Positions 1 through 13,510 of a stretch of DNA of 64,000 bases are shown here, piece by piece. The notes beneath the pieces are model-generated. The model was given only the letters and a program-made list of their open reading frames with translations, was not told the origin of the DNA and did not search any database. The stretch is from Leucoraja erinacea (taxonomy: Eukaryota). Location: the NCBI RefSeq assembly GCF_028641065.1, contig NC_073389.1, forward strand, positions 27,714,001 through 27,778,000. The letters are read 5' to 3'. Numbering within the stretch: the stretch's first letter is position 1; each line of letters begins with the position of its first letter. A program made the position numbers and the translations under genes.

Positions 1-986
1 AGTTCCTTGTGTGTCTTGTTTACAGGTACATGCTTTGCTTCAGTGAGGAGTCAAGTCAATGAAAGATTATTATTGAACTTTGCACAAGATCTTTGCTGCC
101 TTTGATGTCTGGCCATGGGTTGAGGACTGAGAAATATGTCAAAATTGCCTTCAACCGTGTAATCTTTAGTAAGATTACAGTTTAGCTAACGCCAAGCTTG
201 GCCCTGGGGTGAATAAACACTGAGGAATTCATGCAGAAATATGCATGTATATGTCAAAATACCAAGAAGAATATTACTGTTATTGTAAAACACTCGGCCG
301 AGGCTGAGTGACGAGACTCCCAGCAGTCAGACCAAACACTCCGAAGCTGTATTAAATCATCTGGATTCCAGTTCAATTAGTTCCAATGCCGATCCTTTAC
401 AAAATTAAAGGCCCATTGTTCAGACATTCCCGGTCTGTCTGATTGGGTTAACGGTTGGTGATGTCTGACGGCACTGGGCCTGTACTCGCTGGAGTTTAGA
501 AGGATGAGGTGAGACCTCATTGAAACTATCCGAATAGTGAAGGGCCTGGATAGAGTGGATGTGGAGAAGATGTTTCCACTAGTGGGAGAGTCTAGGACCA
601 GAGGTCACAGCCTCAGAATCTCTTTTAGAAAGGAGATGAGAAGGGTTTCCTTTAGTCAGAGGATGGTGAATGCGTGGAATTAATTGCCACTGATGGTTGT
701 GGAGGAGAAGTCATTGGGTATTTTTAAGGCCGAGATTGACAGATTCTTGATTAGTAAGGGTGTCGGGGGTCATGGGGAGAAGGCGGCAGAAATATTTTGA
801 GAGGGAAAGAAAGATCAGCCATGATTGAATGGCGGGGTAGACTCGATGGGCCGAATGGCCTAATTCTGCTCCTAGAACTTATGGCAGGGACAATCAAATA
901 GAGTTTGGACCATAAGACACAGAAGCCAAATACCATTCTCCTGCCTTCTCCCCATAACCTTTGACATCCTTACCAACCACACCACT

Positions 987-1283
987 AGGGCGGCGCTGTG
1001 GCACAGCTGCCATGCCCTCTCAGCGCCAGGAACCCATGTCCGATCCTGACCTCCGGTGCTGTCAGTGCGGAGTTTGCACGTTCTCCATGTAACCGTTTGG
1101 TTTTTCTCCAGGTGCTCCAGTTTCCTCACACATCCCAAAGGGTTTGTAGGTTAATTGGCCTCTGTAAATTGCCCCTACTGTTTAGGGGGTAGATGTGAAA
1201 GTCGGATAACATAGAACTAGTGTGAATGGATGATCGCTGGTTGGCGTGGAATCGCTGGGCCGAAGGGCCTATTTTCATGCTGA
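987..1283 (+). mobile_element. V-SINE (HE1-like)
   Basis: Same architecture as the 1893 copy. Confidence 0.8.
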
Positions 1284-1892
1284 TAAATGTATATAAAATT
1301 ACGAGAGGCAGAGATAGGGTCAGACAGAACCTTTTCCCAGGGTGGAAATGTCAAAGAGTAGAGGGCATAACTTTAAGGTGAGAAGGGAAAAGTTTAAAGG
1401 AGATGTGCTGGGCAAGTTTTTTTACACAGAGGCTGGTGAATGCCTGGAACATGCTGCCTGGGATGGTGGTGGAGGCAGACACTATAGTGGCGTTTAATCT
1501 ACTTTTACAGAGGCACATGGAGATGCAGGGAATGGAGGGATATGCATCACGTGCAGGCAAATAAGGTCATTTTATCTTGCCATTATTCGGCACAAACATT
1601 GTGGGCCAAAGGGCCTGTTCCTGTGCTGTCATTTTCTGTGTCGTTAGATGAGTAAATAACACAGAATAGATTGTTAAAGTTACGTCACTGAAGGGTAATA
1701 GAGCAAGAACTCTTAACGTACCCATTAAGATAAATTAGTAAGTTCTATAATTTGCTAATATGGGTTCAAACACAAACCAGAGTGGCATTTTCATTTTGAC
1801 CTGCGCATTTAATTATATGTTGGTTTCTTTCTACTTGGAAGATCAGTTTCAGTATTAAGGAACAAGGCAGGAAGGAACGCTCCACTGCGATT

Positions 1893-2200
1893 GGGGCGGT
1901 ACGGTGGCACAGTGGGAGAGCTGCTGCCTTACAGCACCGGAGACCTGGGTTCGATCCTGACTAGCTGTGCTGTCTGTACTGAGTTTATATGTTCTCCCTG
2001 TGACCATGTGGGTTTCCTCCGGGCGCTCCAGTTTCCTCCCACACTACAAAGATGTGCAGTTTTGTAGGTTAATTGGCTTCCCTAAATTGTAAGTTGTCCC
2101 TAGTGCATAGGATAGTGCTCATGGACGGGGTGATCTCTGGTCGGCATGGATTCGGTGGGTCGAAGGGCCTGTTTCCATGCTGTATCTCTAAAATCTAAAT
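1893..2200 (+). mobile_element. tRNA-derived V-SINE (HE1-like)
   Basis: A box, B box GGTTCGATCC, V-core GAGTTT..ATGTTCTCCC..GTGGGTTTCCTCCGGG, CR1-like tail GGGCCTGTTTCCATGCTGTATCTCTAAA. Confidence 0.85.
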
Positions 2201-3049
2201 TTGTAAGGGTCCTGACCTGAAACGTCGCCTGTCCATTCCCTCCACAGATGCTGCCTGACCTGCTGAGTTCCTCCAGCACTTTGTGTTCTGCTCTTGATTC
2301 CAGCATCTGCAGTTCCTTGTGTCTCCATTTGTTGCTGCCAATCTTGTGACCTGGAACACCGTGACTGACAGGGAAGTGGGAAATGATTAATTAGTAATTG
2401 TCAAGAAGAAATTTGACGGAGAGAGGGAATTGTCAGGACATTGGGGAGGGTGTAGGGGAGTGGGACAATTGGGTAGTCCTTGAAAACAGCCGTCACGGGC
2501 AGAGTTATTGAACAAGAAGAGTTGACTACCTCACCCAGCTGACATGCCCAAACATATTGTAGAAGGTGCAGCTTGACAATGTGAGCTCTGTGGGCTGTGT
2601 AGGCTGATCTTATGTGGAGGGAGTGGAGAAATGAGTCAATATGAGCTCCACAATGTGAAAGTGAAGGCAATGCCAAGTTAAGTTTATCTTCTGGTTTCAA
2701 AATTAAATAATTTCTGCTTCCTCCACAAGCACCATGGGAAAAAAAACTGAAACTAGAGGCAGACAAGGAGTAATAGATAATATATTCTTGTGATAATAAT
2801 TTGCCAATTCTACTAAGTCAATATGTAGAAACGAAGAACTGCAGATGCTGGTTTATACCAAAGATAGACACAAAGTGCTGAAGAAGGGTCTAGTTCATGA
2901 TCCAATATGTCACCCATCCTTTCCCTCCAGAGATACTGCTGACTCATTGTGTTCCTCCAGCACTTTTCATCTATTCAGTCAAAGTTCTGATCAGAATTCT
3001 GTTCACCACAGTTGCTTCCACAATTCTCTGCAATTTCTTGCGGTCTTGG

Positions 3050-3685
3050 ATGGAGCTGTTCTCAAACCATGCATCCTGATAAAATGCTTTCTACGATGCA
3101 TCTGTAGAAATATGTGAGAATTGTTGGCGGACATGCCGATCCTCCTAAAGCTTCTAAGGAAGTAGAAGCATTGGTGTCCTTTCTTGGCTATTGCTTCGAT
3201 GAGGATGATCCAGGAGAGTTGCTGGTAATAGTTACTCCGAGAAACTTGAAGAGTTCAACCATCTCTACTTTGGCACCGTCAATGCAAACTGGGGTATGTG
3301 TACTGTGTCGCTACCTGGAGTCCATCACTATCTCCTTTGTCTTGTGGACATAGAGAGAAAGGTAGTTGTTTCAATACCAGGTCAGTTAGTTCTCAATCTC
3401 CTTCCTGTACTCCGTCTCGTCATTATTTGATATCCAATTTCATCTGCGAATTTGTAAATTGAATTGGATTTGTACTTGGCTACACGGACACGGGTGTAGA
3501 AGGAATAAAGAAGGGAGCTGGGAACACATCCTTGCGGAGCACCAGTGTTGAGGATTATCGTAGCGGATGATTTGTCCCCTATCCTAACTGATTGGAGTCT
3601 GTTGGTTAGGAAGTTGAGTATCCAGTTGCAGGGATGAATGCTGACTCTAAGTTCCATAGTTTGGTGATGAGCTTGGATGGGATAG
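3050..3685 (-). mobile_element. degenerate Rex1/Babar fragment
   Basis: CNWILNFL...GAPQGCV...IYKFAD. Confidence 0.75.
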
Positions 3686-4124
3686 AAACATAGGCAATAT
3701 GATCATGGCTGATCATCTAAAATCAGTACCCCGCTCCTGCTTTTTCCCCATTATTCTTTGATTCCTTGATAATGGTATTAAAAGCAGAGCTGTAGATAGG
3801 GGGGAGGGGGGAGGGGGGGGAGAGGGTAAATATTGGGAAAGTTGTTCTTATCCCAAACAGTTTGCATGTAGCAAATGATCCGTGAACAAAATGTTTATCT
3901 CCCATTTGCTTTGATGTTTTTGCAGGTTGTCACATATTGCAGCTTCTATCCTCCAGATGGGGCTGTTGAGCTAATGATTTCCACCTCGCTTCTGAAATAA
4001 CCTAGCCATTATTGTAGTTATTTTAGTTGAAACTTTGACCTCTTATCAGCATAGGCAGCGTATTTTCCTACAATATATATTAGGACATCTCTATGCCATA
4101 AAAAATGTGTCTGACCTTGTTCAT

Positions 4125-4226
4125 AGATAGACAAAAGTGCTGGAGAAACTCAGCGGGTGCGGCAGCATCTGTGGAGCGAAGGAAATAGGCAACGTTTCGA
4201 GCCGAAACCCTTCTTCAGACTGATGT

Positions 4227-4257
<31 letters not shown>

Positions 4258-5055
4258 GGGGGGAAAAGAAAGGAAAGGAAGAGGTGGAGCCAGTGGGCTG
4301 AGGGAGAGCTGAGAGGGGGCGGAGAAAGTAAGGACTACCTGAAATTAGAGAAGTCAATGTTCATACCGCTGGGGTGTAAACTGCCCAAGCGAGATATGTG
4401 CTGCTCCTCCAATTTACGGTGGTCCTCACTCTGGCCATGGAGGAGGCCGAGGACAGAAAGGTCAGATTTGGAATGGGAGGGGGAGTTGAAGTGCTGAGCC
4501 ACCGGGAGATCAGGTTGGTTAATGCGGACCGAGCAGAGGTGTTGGGCGAAGCGATCGCCAAGCCTACGCTTGGTCTCACCGATGTAGGGCAGCTGACACC
4601 TAGAGCAGCGGATGCAATAGATGAGGTTGGAGGAGGTGCAGGTGAACCTCTGCCGCACCTGGAAAGACTGCTTGGGTCCTTGAATGGAGTCAAGGGGGGA
4701 GGTAAAGTGACAAGTGTAGCATTTCTTGCGGTTGCGAGGGAAAGTGCCCAGAGAGGGGGTGGTTCGGGTGGGAAGGGACGAATTGATCAGGGAGTTACGG
4801 AGGGAGCAGTCTCTGTGGAAAGCAGACAGGGGAGGAGATGGGAAGATGTGGCCAGTGGTGGGATCCCGTTGGAGGTGTTGAAAATGTTAACCCACTGATT
4901 GGATGACAATGTAGGGTGGAAGGTGAGGACAAGGGGGACTCTGCCCTTGTTACGAGTGGGGGGGATGGGGAGTGAGACTAGAGTCACGGGGTATAGAATA
5001 GACCCTGGTGAGAGCCTCATCTATGATAGAGGAGGGGAACCCCCGTTCCCTGAAG
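4125..5055 (-). mobile_element. Penelope-like retroelement 3' part with GIY-YIG endonuclease and terminal hammerhead-like motif
   Basis: ORF 4335-4658 [33 protein letters not shown]...VAQHFN; CTGAAGAAGGGTTTCGGCTCGAAACGTT on the minus strand near 4191-4220. Confidence 0.88.
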
Positions 5056-5874
5056 AATTACCTTGTTCATTCCTCCTTCTCCCTGTTCCCATCTGGCAGA
5101 AGGTACAGAAGCTTGAAAGCGAGCACCATCAGACTCGGAGGTAGACAAAAATGCTGGAGAAACTCAACGGGTGAGGCAGCATCAATGGAGCAAAGGAAAT
5201 TTGGGAACGGCTTCTTCCCCTCTGTTATCAGGCTTCTGATCAGCCCTTCCATAAGCTAGGGTACTGTTCGGTTTACCTCTACCTCATTGAAGACATTGGA
5301 CTTTGTCTCTGGAACTGGTGCTGCTACAATGCTGAGAACTATATTCCGCACCCTGTATCTTCCCCTTAGCTCGACCTGTTGTAGAAACAAGGATATGCAA
5401 AGGATGATTTGCAAAAAAAGACACAAAATGCTGGAGTAACTCAGGGGGTCAGGGACATCCCTGGAGAAGGTACATAAAAATGCTGGAGAAACTCAGCGGG
5501 TGCAGCAGCATCTATGGAGCGAAGGAAATAGGCAATGTTTCGGCCCGATTTTCGATTTTCCAGCATCTGCAGTTCCTTCTTAAACACATCTCTGGAGAAC
5601 ATGGACAGGTGACCTTTTAGGTCAGGCCCCGTCCTCAGATGGAAGAAGGGTCCCGACCAAAAACAAAAAGCTTTTCACTCTACATGGGTGCACATGACCA
5701 TAATAATAAACTAAATTAAACTAAACACATACATTTTCTCCATAGATGCTGCCTGACCCACTGAGTTCCTCCAGCTCTTTGTGACTCTACCTATTTTACC
5801 TGGGTTTGACTTGATTATATTTATATACAGTATTATCTGATCTAATTAGATAGCAACATAGAATATGAGCAATA

Positions 5875-6175
5875 AATAAATATATTTACTTGCATACAGT
5901 CATAGTAGTGCAAATCTTTTTTTTCCTGGTGGGAGGAGTGTCCGGGGGGGGGGAGGGGGGTGGTTGGCAATCACCGAGGTACAGTGTTGAGTAATGTAAC
6001 AGCCGCAGGGAAGAAGCTGTTCCTGGACCTGCTGGTCTGGCAACGGAGAGACCTGTAGCGCCTCCCGGATGGTAGGAGGGTAAACAGTCTATGGTTGGGG
6101 TGAGAGCAGTCCTTGACGATGCTGAGCGCCCTTCGCAGACATCGCTTGCTTTGGACAGACTCAATGGAGGGGAAG
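5875..6175 (-). mobile_element. Rex1/Babar 3' end fragment
   Basis: [19 protein letters not shown]...RNSFFP. Confidence 0.7.
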
Positions 6176-6924
6176 TCACGCACGGGCGTCCTCCTTACAG
6201 GGACTAGCACCCTGGAGACACCCATGGTCAGCCATGACCGAAGGGGGTCTAAGAAGAAGAACCGTTGAATCAATGTGAGATGGTCTTGGTAATAAATAGA
6301 GTGCAACCATTGACAAAGACTTTTCCTAATTTGATCTAAGTTTTCTTCCAGACTTTATCAGCTGCCTCATCTTTCTGCGGCACAGTGGTGCAGCTGGTAG
6401 AGCCGCTGCCTCACAGCGGCGGAGACCCGGGTTCAATCCGGACTACGGGTGCTGACTATGTGTGGAGTTTGCACGTTCCCCTATGACTGCGTTGGTTTCC
6501 TCCGGGTGCTTTGGTTTTCTCCCACATTCCAAAGATTTGGAATGGTAGGTTAATTGGCCTCTGTAAATTGCCCATGTGTGTAGGGAGTGGATGAGAAAAT
6601 GGGATAACATGGAAGGAGTGTGAATGGGTGATCGATGGTTGGCGTGGATTCGTACCCGGGTCTCTGGCGCAGTGAGGCAGTGGCTCCACCCGCTGCATCG
6701 CTGCGCCATGCTTGCCGACACTGGACTGCCACTTCTGCTTGGGACTGTGGAGGAGGAATGTGTATTGAATGAGGAACAGAAGGCTTGTGGGTCTCAAACC
6801 TTCTGTGTGGTTACCCTCGGGAATGAAGAACAATTTCAAGAAGTACTTGCAAAGTGTAAGGAGCTCTTTAAAGCAAATGTTCTTAACAGCATTTGGTACT
6901 CCATAGCCAGTTAGTCCACGCGCA

Positions 6925-7570
6925 AACTGTGGGAACAGCACCTCATATTCCGCTAGGGTTGCTCACAACCCAATGGTATGAACATCGAATTCTCCAATTT
7001 TAGGTAACTACTAACCTACAACCCCCACTCCCACCCTTCCCTTCCCTTCCCCACCACCCCTCCCTTGTCCAACCACCTGTCTAACAAACCCATCCCGCTC
7101 ACCTGTATCCACCTATCACTCCCTGCCTGAGGTCACCTGTTGCCGCCTCTGGTTTGTTCTAGTATTTTCTTGATTCCAGTTCCTGCCCTCCACCCCCCAC
7201 CACCTCACAATCAGTCTGAAGAAGGATCCCGACCTGAAACCTAACCTATCCACGTCCCCCAGAGATGCTGCCTGACCCGCTGAGTTACTCCAGCATTTTA
7301 CGTCTAGTTTTAGTATAAACCAGCATCTGCAGTTCCTTTCTATTACATTTCATTTCATTCCACCTCTTACTCGTTGGGCTTTGTCCTGCCCCCTCCTCTC
7401 CTCCAGCTTACTCCATCCCCTTCCCACCACCACCACAATCAGTCTGAAGAAGGGTCCCATCCCAAAACGTTGTATTCCCGTCTTCTCCAGAGATACTGCT
7501 TGATCTGCTGAGTTACTCCAGCACTTTGTGTCTTTTTGTTGTAAAGCAGCATCTGCAGTTCCTTGTTTCT
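6925..7570 (+). mobile_element. Penelope-like 3' fragment with tandem terminal repeats
   Basis: EQHLIFR..GMNIEFSNF end followed by two tandem CTGAAGAAGG...AAAC repeat units (7215, 7444). Confidence 0.7.
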
Positions 7571-7871
7571 CTATGCTGTTGGCCTTCGTTTTGCCCAAAG
7601 CTAGATCAGCCTTCCCATTGTTGTTCGGTGATAAGGTCTCATGGTGGTGTTGGTGCAGAGACTACCTTGCCTCCCACTAATTCCCTCCAACCTAGAGGAC
7701 CCTTTCTCATGTGGATGGCTATCTAGTTCATGGGTACAGCATGGAAACAGGCCCTTCAGCCCATTGAGTGCACGCCGACCATCCATCATCCATTCACACG
7801 GGTTCTATGTTATCCCACTTTCTCATCCACTCCCGCGCGAAACCCATGCGATCACAGGGGGAACATGCAAA

Positions 7872-7874
<3 letters not shown>

Positions 7875-7932
<58 letters not shown>
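7875..7932. repeat. (CA)n microsatellite within a V-SINE
   Basis: About 29 perfect CA units. Confidence 0.95.
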
Positions 7933-7934
<2 letters not shown>

Positions 7935-9429
7935 GTCAGGATCAAACCCAGGTCTGTCGGCATGAGGCAGCGGTTCTACTCACTGTGCCACTTATTCCTC
8001 CTGAACAGGGGAGAAGAATGAAAGCGAGTGATCTTTTTATTCCTCTCTCTATGGAAGATTGAGCTCAATGTGGGTGACGTATGGGTAGGATGTCAAGGGA
8101 AGGGTAAAGGCAGGGTGTGGTATCGGAATGACTGTGGGAGATTAGGCAAGGATTAATAGACTGGGTGACGAACAACTTCTCTCTGTCTCTTACGAAGCAA
8201 GAATACAAAGGAGGGTGTTTTCTGTGTGGGGTTTACCTTGATAAATCTTGTAAGGACATGAAATATCTCTTGACGTCGCTCCTTCATACGATGATTCTTG
8301 CCCCAGTCGCCTCCTCTTTGACTCTAAGAGTCATAGTCATGGAGTCATGGCCCAACTTGCCCACGGGAACAAAATGTCCCATCTACACTAGTCCCACATG
8401 CCTGTGTTCGGCCCATATCCCTCTAAACCTGTCCTATCCATGTACCTGTCTAAATGTTTCTTACACGTTGCAAAGTCCCTGATATGGTGCCCCCGATAGA
8501 TCTTCCACCCTCCCCCCTCAACTCGTGCGGAGAATCTGCGGTGACAGAGTCGCTGCCTCACAGCACCGGATAGAACACATGTCTATCTTCATGGCACATA
8601 GATTGATTGACATCTGTAATAGGCCAACATGTTTGTAGGTTAATTGGCCCTCTGTAAATTTCCCCTGGAGTGTAGGAAGTGAAAGAGAAAGTGGGATAAC
8701 GTGGAACTAGTGTAAACGGGTGATCGATGGTCGGCATGGACTGGGCAGGCCGAAGGGCCTGTGGCCATGCATTCCAATCTCTCCACGTGCATTTGCTCTG
8801 CTCACTGGGGCAATGATGACCATTTGCTGAAAATCTGCCATCTCGATCCTGCACCATCTCTCAGTAGAAAGATACAAAAAGCTGGAGTAAATCAGCGGGA
8901 CAGGCAGCCTCTCTGGAAAGAAGGAATGGGTGACTTTTCAGGTCGAGACCCTTCTTCAGATCGATGTCAGGGAAGAGGGAGATACATAGATAGGGAAGTG
9001 CAAGGTGTGAAATCACGACAAAGGGGATGGTGATCAAGTAAAATGTAGACTAGGTCATTGTTAGCTGGGAGAAGGTAACGACAAAGTAAACAGAAATAAA
9101 ATGTAGTCGGAGACAGTCAGACTGGTCGGAGAACTGGGAAGGGGAGGGATGGAGAGGGAGGGAAAGCAAGGGTCTCATTGTTTAGTTTATTATTGTCATA
9201 TGTACCGAGGTACAGTGAAAAGCTTTTAGTTATGTGCTATCCAGTCAGCTGAAAGACTATACATGGTTACAATCAAGCCGTCCACACAGTACAGGTACAA
9301 GATAAAGCAAATAATGTGTAGGAAGGAACTACAGATGTTGTTTCAAACTGAAGATAGACACAAAAAGCTGGAGTTACTCAGCTGGATAGGCAGCATCTCT
9401 GGAGAGAAGGAATGGGTGACGTTTTGAGA

Positions 9430-9458
9430 CTGAAGAAGGGTCTCGACCCGAAACATCA
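9430..9458 (+). ncRNA. minimal hammerhead ribozyme core, CpG-decayed
   Basis: CTGAAGA-A-GGGT(CTCG)ACCC-GAAAC-ATC inside the fold-back element at 9318-9520. Confidence 0.5.
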
Positions 9459-11121
9459 CCCATTCCTTCTCTACAGAGATGCTGCCTGTCCCGCTGAGTT
9501 ACTCCAGCTTTTTGTGTCTATAAAATAATGTTTAGTGCAAGATAAGGTTCAGTAAAGTCGGATTAAAGATAGTCCAAGGGTCTCCAATGAGGTAGATGGG
9601 AGGTCAGGGCTGCTCTCTAGCTGTTGATGGGATGGTTCATTGCATGAAAACAGCTGGGAAGAAACTGTCCCTGAATCTGGAGGTGTGTTTTTACACTTCT
9701 GGACCTCTTGCCTGAGGTCAGTTGTAGTGGAGATGCTGGCAGGTTGCTGCTGCATGCTTGCCATTGGGAATGTACCTTTAAGCAACGACATCCTTCCACG
9801 CTGCGGCGTAACTAGGTGTGTACCTTCACTAGAATGAGTTGGGTGTGGATCTGTCAGAAAACACTCGTCCCGCTTCAGGGCTTGATCACGTGCCTATAAT
9901 GTGTCAGAGTGGATTTTAACAAGCTATTTCATAATGTGTAGCTGGGAAAGCCTTGTGCACATACACACTGCACACTTAGCAGTATTTAAGAGTCAGATAG
10001 TCCTGACCCAGCTCAATAAGACTTTGGTTCAGAGTATTATGTGCAGTTGTGGTTGCCCCTTTACGGGAAGGATGTGGATGTTTTGCAAAGAGTTACCATT
10101 ACCATAATAAGAGAAGTAAAATGTTGGAGTAACTCAGCCGGTCAGGCAACATCTCTGGTCCACATCTCTGGTGACATTTCGGATCTTGTGTGATGCCTGG
10201 GTTAGGGTGTATCCGCTCAAAGGGAGATAGAGGTTGGGCAGACTTGGATTGTTTTCTCTGGAGCAGCGGAGGTTGAGGGGACACCTGACAAGAGCAGATA
10301 AAATGATCAGAGGCATAGATAGGATAGACAGTCAGAACCATTTCCCAGAGTGGAAGTATCAAAGACTGGAGGGCATCATGTTAAGGTGAGAGAGGGAAAG
10401 TTTAAAGGAGATGTGCAGGACAAGTTTTTCCACAGAGTGGTGGCGAGTGCCTGGAACACGTGGCCAGGGGTGGTGGTGGAGGCAGATACAATGGTGGTGT
10501 TTAAAAAACTTTTGAGCAGCCACATGGATGGGCAGGAGCGGAGGGATATGGATCATGTTCAGGCGAAGGGCATGTTCTTGTGCTGTACTGTTCTATGTTC
10601 TAAGGGCATTTAGAAAATCCAGTTTCTAAACCGAGTTGAGTCATTTCTGCTTTTGTCACAATACACCGCAGGTGATAAAGTATAAAACCACATGGTATTA
10701 AAATTTGATACAGTATAAAAATATGTGGTATTAAAATTTGCATTCTTGTTTAAATATTTTACAATGAAATATCATGGTTTAAATCGTCATGTGCATGTAT
10801 AATTTTAAAATAAACTGCATAGCTCTTTAGCTTAAGAAATGGAATGATTTTGTAAGGCAAAACACTTGCCTACTATTAGCAAATGATATATTAACACTGG
10901 AAGTTTTGACATTCTGGATTGTTCAATGAAATGCTGTAATCCAAGGTTACTGGTTGTTGAGATAAATGTGACCTTGATAGTAACATGATTTTAATGCCAA
11001 AACCAAGCCTTATTAATGTAGACTGCATGGGTACAAGCATACAGAATAGTCAGTCTCAATTTAAAAAAGTTAATTGCTAGTAATTTTTCTTCGTCCTTGG
11101 CAGTTGAAATATATGGAAACA

Positions 11122-11290
11122 CTAGACCAAGTGGGACCCGTTGGGACCCGTTCCCCAACGTGGGGAGGGGGGACGCGGCATCTGCACCCACCCCGGAGAC
11201 AGGCGCACCCCGGAGCCAATCACCCCCATCATCCCCCGCAAGGAAAATGATGGAAATTATGGAGACAATTAATCGTCCCCACGTTGGGGG
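11122..11290 (-). mobile_element. Helitron-like 3' end fragment
   Basis: Reverse complement ...GGGTCCCACTTGGTCTAG|T. Confidence 0.55.
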
Positions 11291-11665
11291 ATAATAATAA
11301 TAATAATAAATTTTATTTATGGGCGCCTTTCAAGAGTCTCAAGGACACCTTACAAACATTTAGCAGGTAGAGGAAAAACATGTAAGGGGAATGAAATAAA
11401 TAGTAGAGACATGACTAGTACACAAAGTAAAGACAGAATGCAATACAAAACACAATAATAAGGCAATTAATGCACAGATGAAAAGGGTGGGGGACGTGGG
11501 GCTAAGGATAGGCAGAGGCGAAGAGATGGGTCTTGAGGCTGGACTGGAAGATGGTGAGGGACACGGAATTGCGGATCAGTTGGGGGAGGGAGTTCCAGAG
11601 CCTGGGAGCTGCCCTGGAGAAGGCTCTGTCCCCTAAACTGCGGAGGTTGGACTTGTGAATGGGAT
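11291..11665 (-). mobile_element. L2-type LINE 3' end
   Basis: GDRAFSRAAPRLWNSLP...FQSSLKTHLF; (TAT)n tail with GTGTCCTTGAG..GAAAGGCGCC stem. Confidence 0.8.
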
Positions 11666-11714
11666 GGAGGTGGGGGGGGGGGGGGGGGGGGGGGCGGGGG
11701 TTTGGGGGGGAGGG

Positions 11715-11985
11715 GCATCTTGGCCAGGCCCGGGAGCAAACCAACAGGGAGATCGCCTCCTGCCACCGATCGGCCCTCCCCACTCCCTGCCTTGTGTCCA
11801 AACACCAGGATCGTGGGACTAAAATGCAACCAGAACTTGAGGAGCAGCCCCTTCACATATTCGTACAGGGGCAACAACATCACACATTCCATATACACGT
11901 GGAACATGGTCTCTCCCTTGCCGCAGAAAATACAGGAGCCCATGAACCGGCCCTGCGCAACACTCTCTACCCCTCTCTACCTCTC
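11715..11985 (-). mobile_element. Tx1/L1-type ORF2 C-terminal CCHC fragment
   Basis: CIFCGKGETMFHVYMEC followed by LLLKFWLHFSPT. Confidence 0.65.
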
Positions 11986-12237
11986 CCCCTATTGCAGCTT
12001 TGGCCAGGTTTTAGGCACCATGTTATTGGAAAGATGTTGTTAATCTGGAAAGGGTACAGAGAAGATTTACGAGGATGTTGCCAGGACCCGAGAGCCTGAG
12101 CTATGGGGAGAAGTTGAGCAGGCTAGGACTCTACATCTTGGAGCACAGGAGAGGATAAGGGGTGATCTTATAGAGATGCATAAAATCTTGAGAGGATTAG
12201 ATCAGGTAAATGCACTCTTTTGCAGAGTGGGGGAAAT

Positions 12238-13510
12238 TGCAGAGTTCGCTTACCGCCACAACAGATCAACGGTGGATGCGACCTCGCTGGCCCTCCAATC
12301 CACTCTGGATCTCTGGACAACAAAAACTCATGTCAGGCTGTTATTCATTGATTACAGCTCGGCATTTAACACAATCATCCCCTCCAAGCCCGTTACCAAA
12401 CTCGCAGAACTGGGTCTCTGCGCATCCCTCTGCAATTGGATCCTCGACTTCCTCATTCACAGACCACAGTCTGTTCGTATTGGTGGAAATGTGTCAGCCT
12501 CGATAACAATCAGTACGGGAGCACCTCAAGGCTGCGTGCCCAGCCCCCTGCTATACTCACTCTATACCCATGACTGCGTAGCCGGTCATAGTGCAAACTC
12601 CATCATCAAGTTCGGTGACGACACCACTGTTGTGGGACGTAACACTGATGGGGATTAGTCAGAGTATAGAAGAGAGATCGAGCAATTGTCCATATGGTGC
12701 CAGCACAATAACCTGGCCCTCAACACCAGCAAAACCAAGGAACTGATTGTGGTCTTTGGAAGGAGTTGGATGGGGACCCACAGCCCCATTTATATCAACG
12801 GGTCGGGTCGATGGTTGAAAGGGTCAAGAGCTTCAAATTCCTGGGCGTTCACATCTCTGAAGATCTTTCCTGGTCCGAGAACACTAATGCAATTATCAAG
12901 AAAGCTCATCAGCGCCTCTACTTCCTGAGAAGATTACGGAGAGTCGGTTTGTCAAGGATGAGTCTCTCTAACTTCTCCAGGTGCACAGTAGAGAGTATGC
13001 TGACCGGTTGCATCGTGGCTTGGTTCGGCAACCTGAGCACCCTGGAAAGGAAAAGACTACGAAAAGTAGTAAACACTGCCCAGTCCATCATCGGCTCTGA
13101 CCTTCCTTCCATCAAGGGGATTTATCGCAGTCGCTGCCTCAAAAAGGCTGGCAGTATCATCAAAGACCCACACCATCCTGGCCACACACCCATCTCCCTG
13201 CTACCTTCAGGTAGAAGGTACAGGAGCCTGAAGATTGGAACAACCTGGTTCAGGAATAGCTACTTCCCCACAGCCATCGGGCTATTAAATCTGGCTCGGA
13301 CAAAACTCTGATTATTAATAACCCATTATCTGTTATTTGTACTTTGTCAGTTTATTTATTCATGTGTGTATATATTTATATTACAGTATATGGACACACT
13401 GATCTGTTTTGTAGTAAATGCCTACTATGTTCTGAGTGCTGAAGCAAAGCAAGAATTTCATTGTCCTATCTGGGACACATGGCAATAAACTCACTTGAAC
13501 TTGAACTTGA
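12238..13510 (+). mobile_element. Rex1/Babar-type non-LTR retrotransposon fragment
   Basis: [53 protein letters not shown]; (CTTGAA)n tail. Confidence 0.88.

Noticed and set aside
15-65. Possible terminal exon of an upstream gene (tttacag|GTACATG..., YMLCFSEESSQ*)
   Set aside because: Very short, the pyrimidine tract comes from a repeat end, and the peptide is not recognisable
1893-1975. tRNA genes at GGTTCGATCC-containing sites
   Set aside because: These are tRNA-derived SINE heads continuing into V-core and LINE tail; no complete cloverleaf
3927-4000. Acceptor-like tttttgcag followed by 24 codons (VVTYCSFYPPDG...)
   Set aside because: No homology recognised and no partner exons
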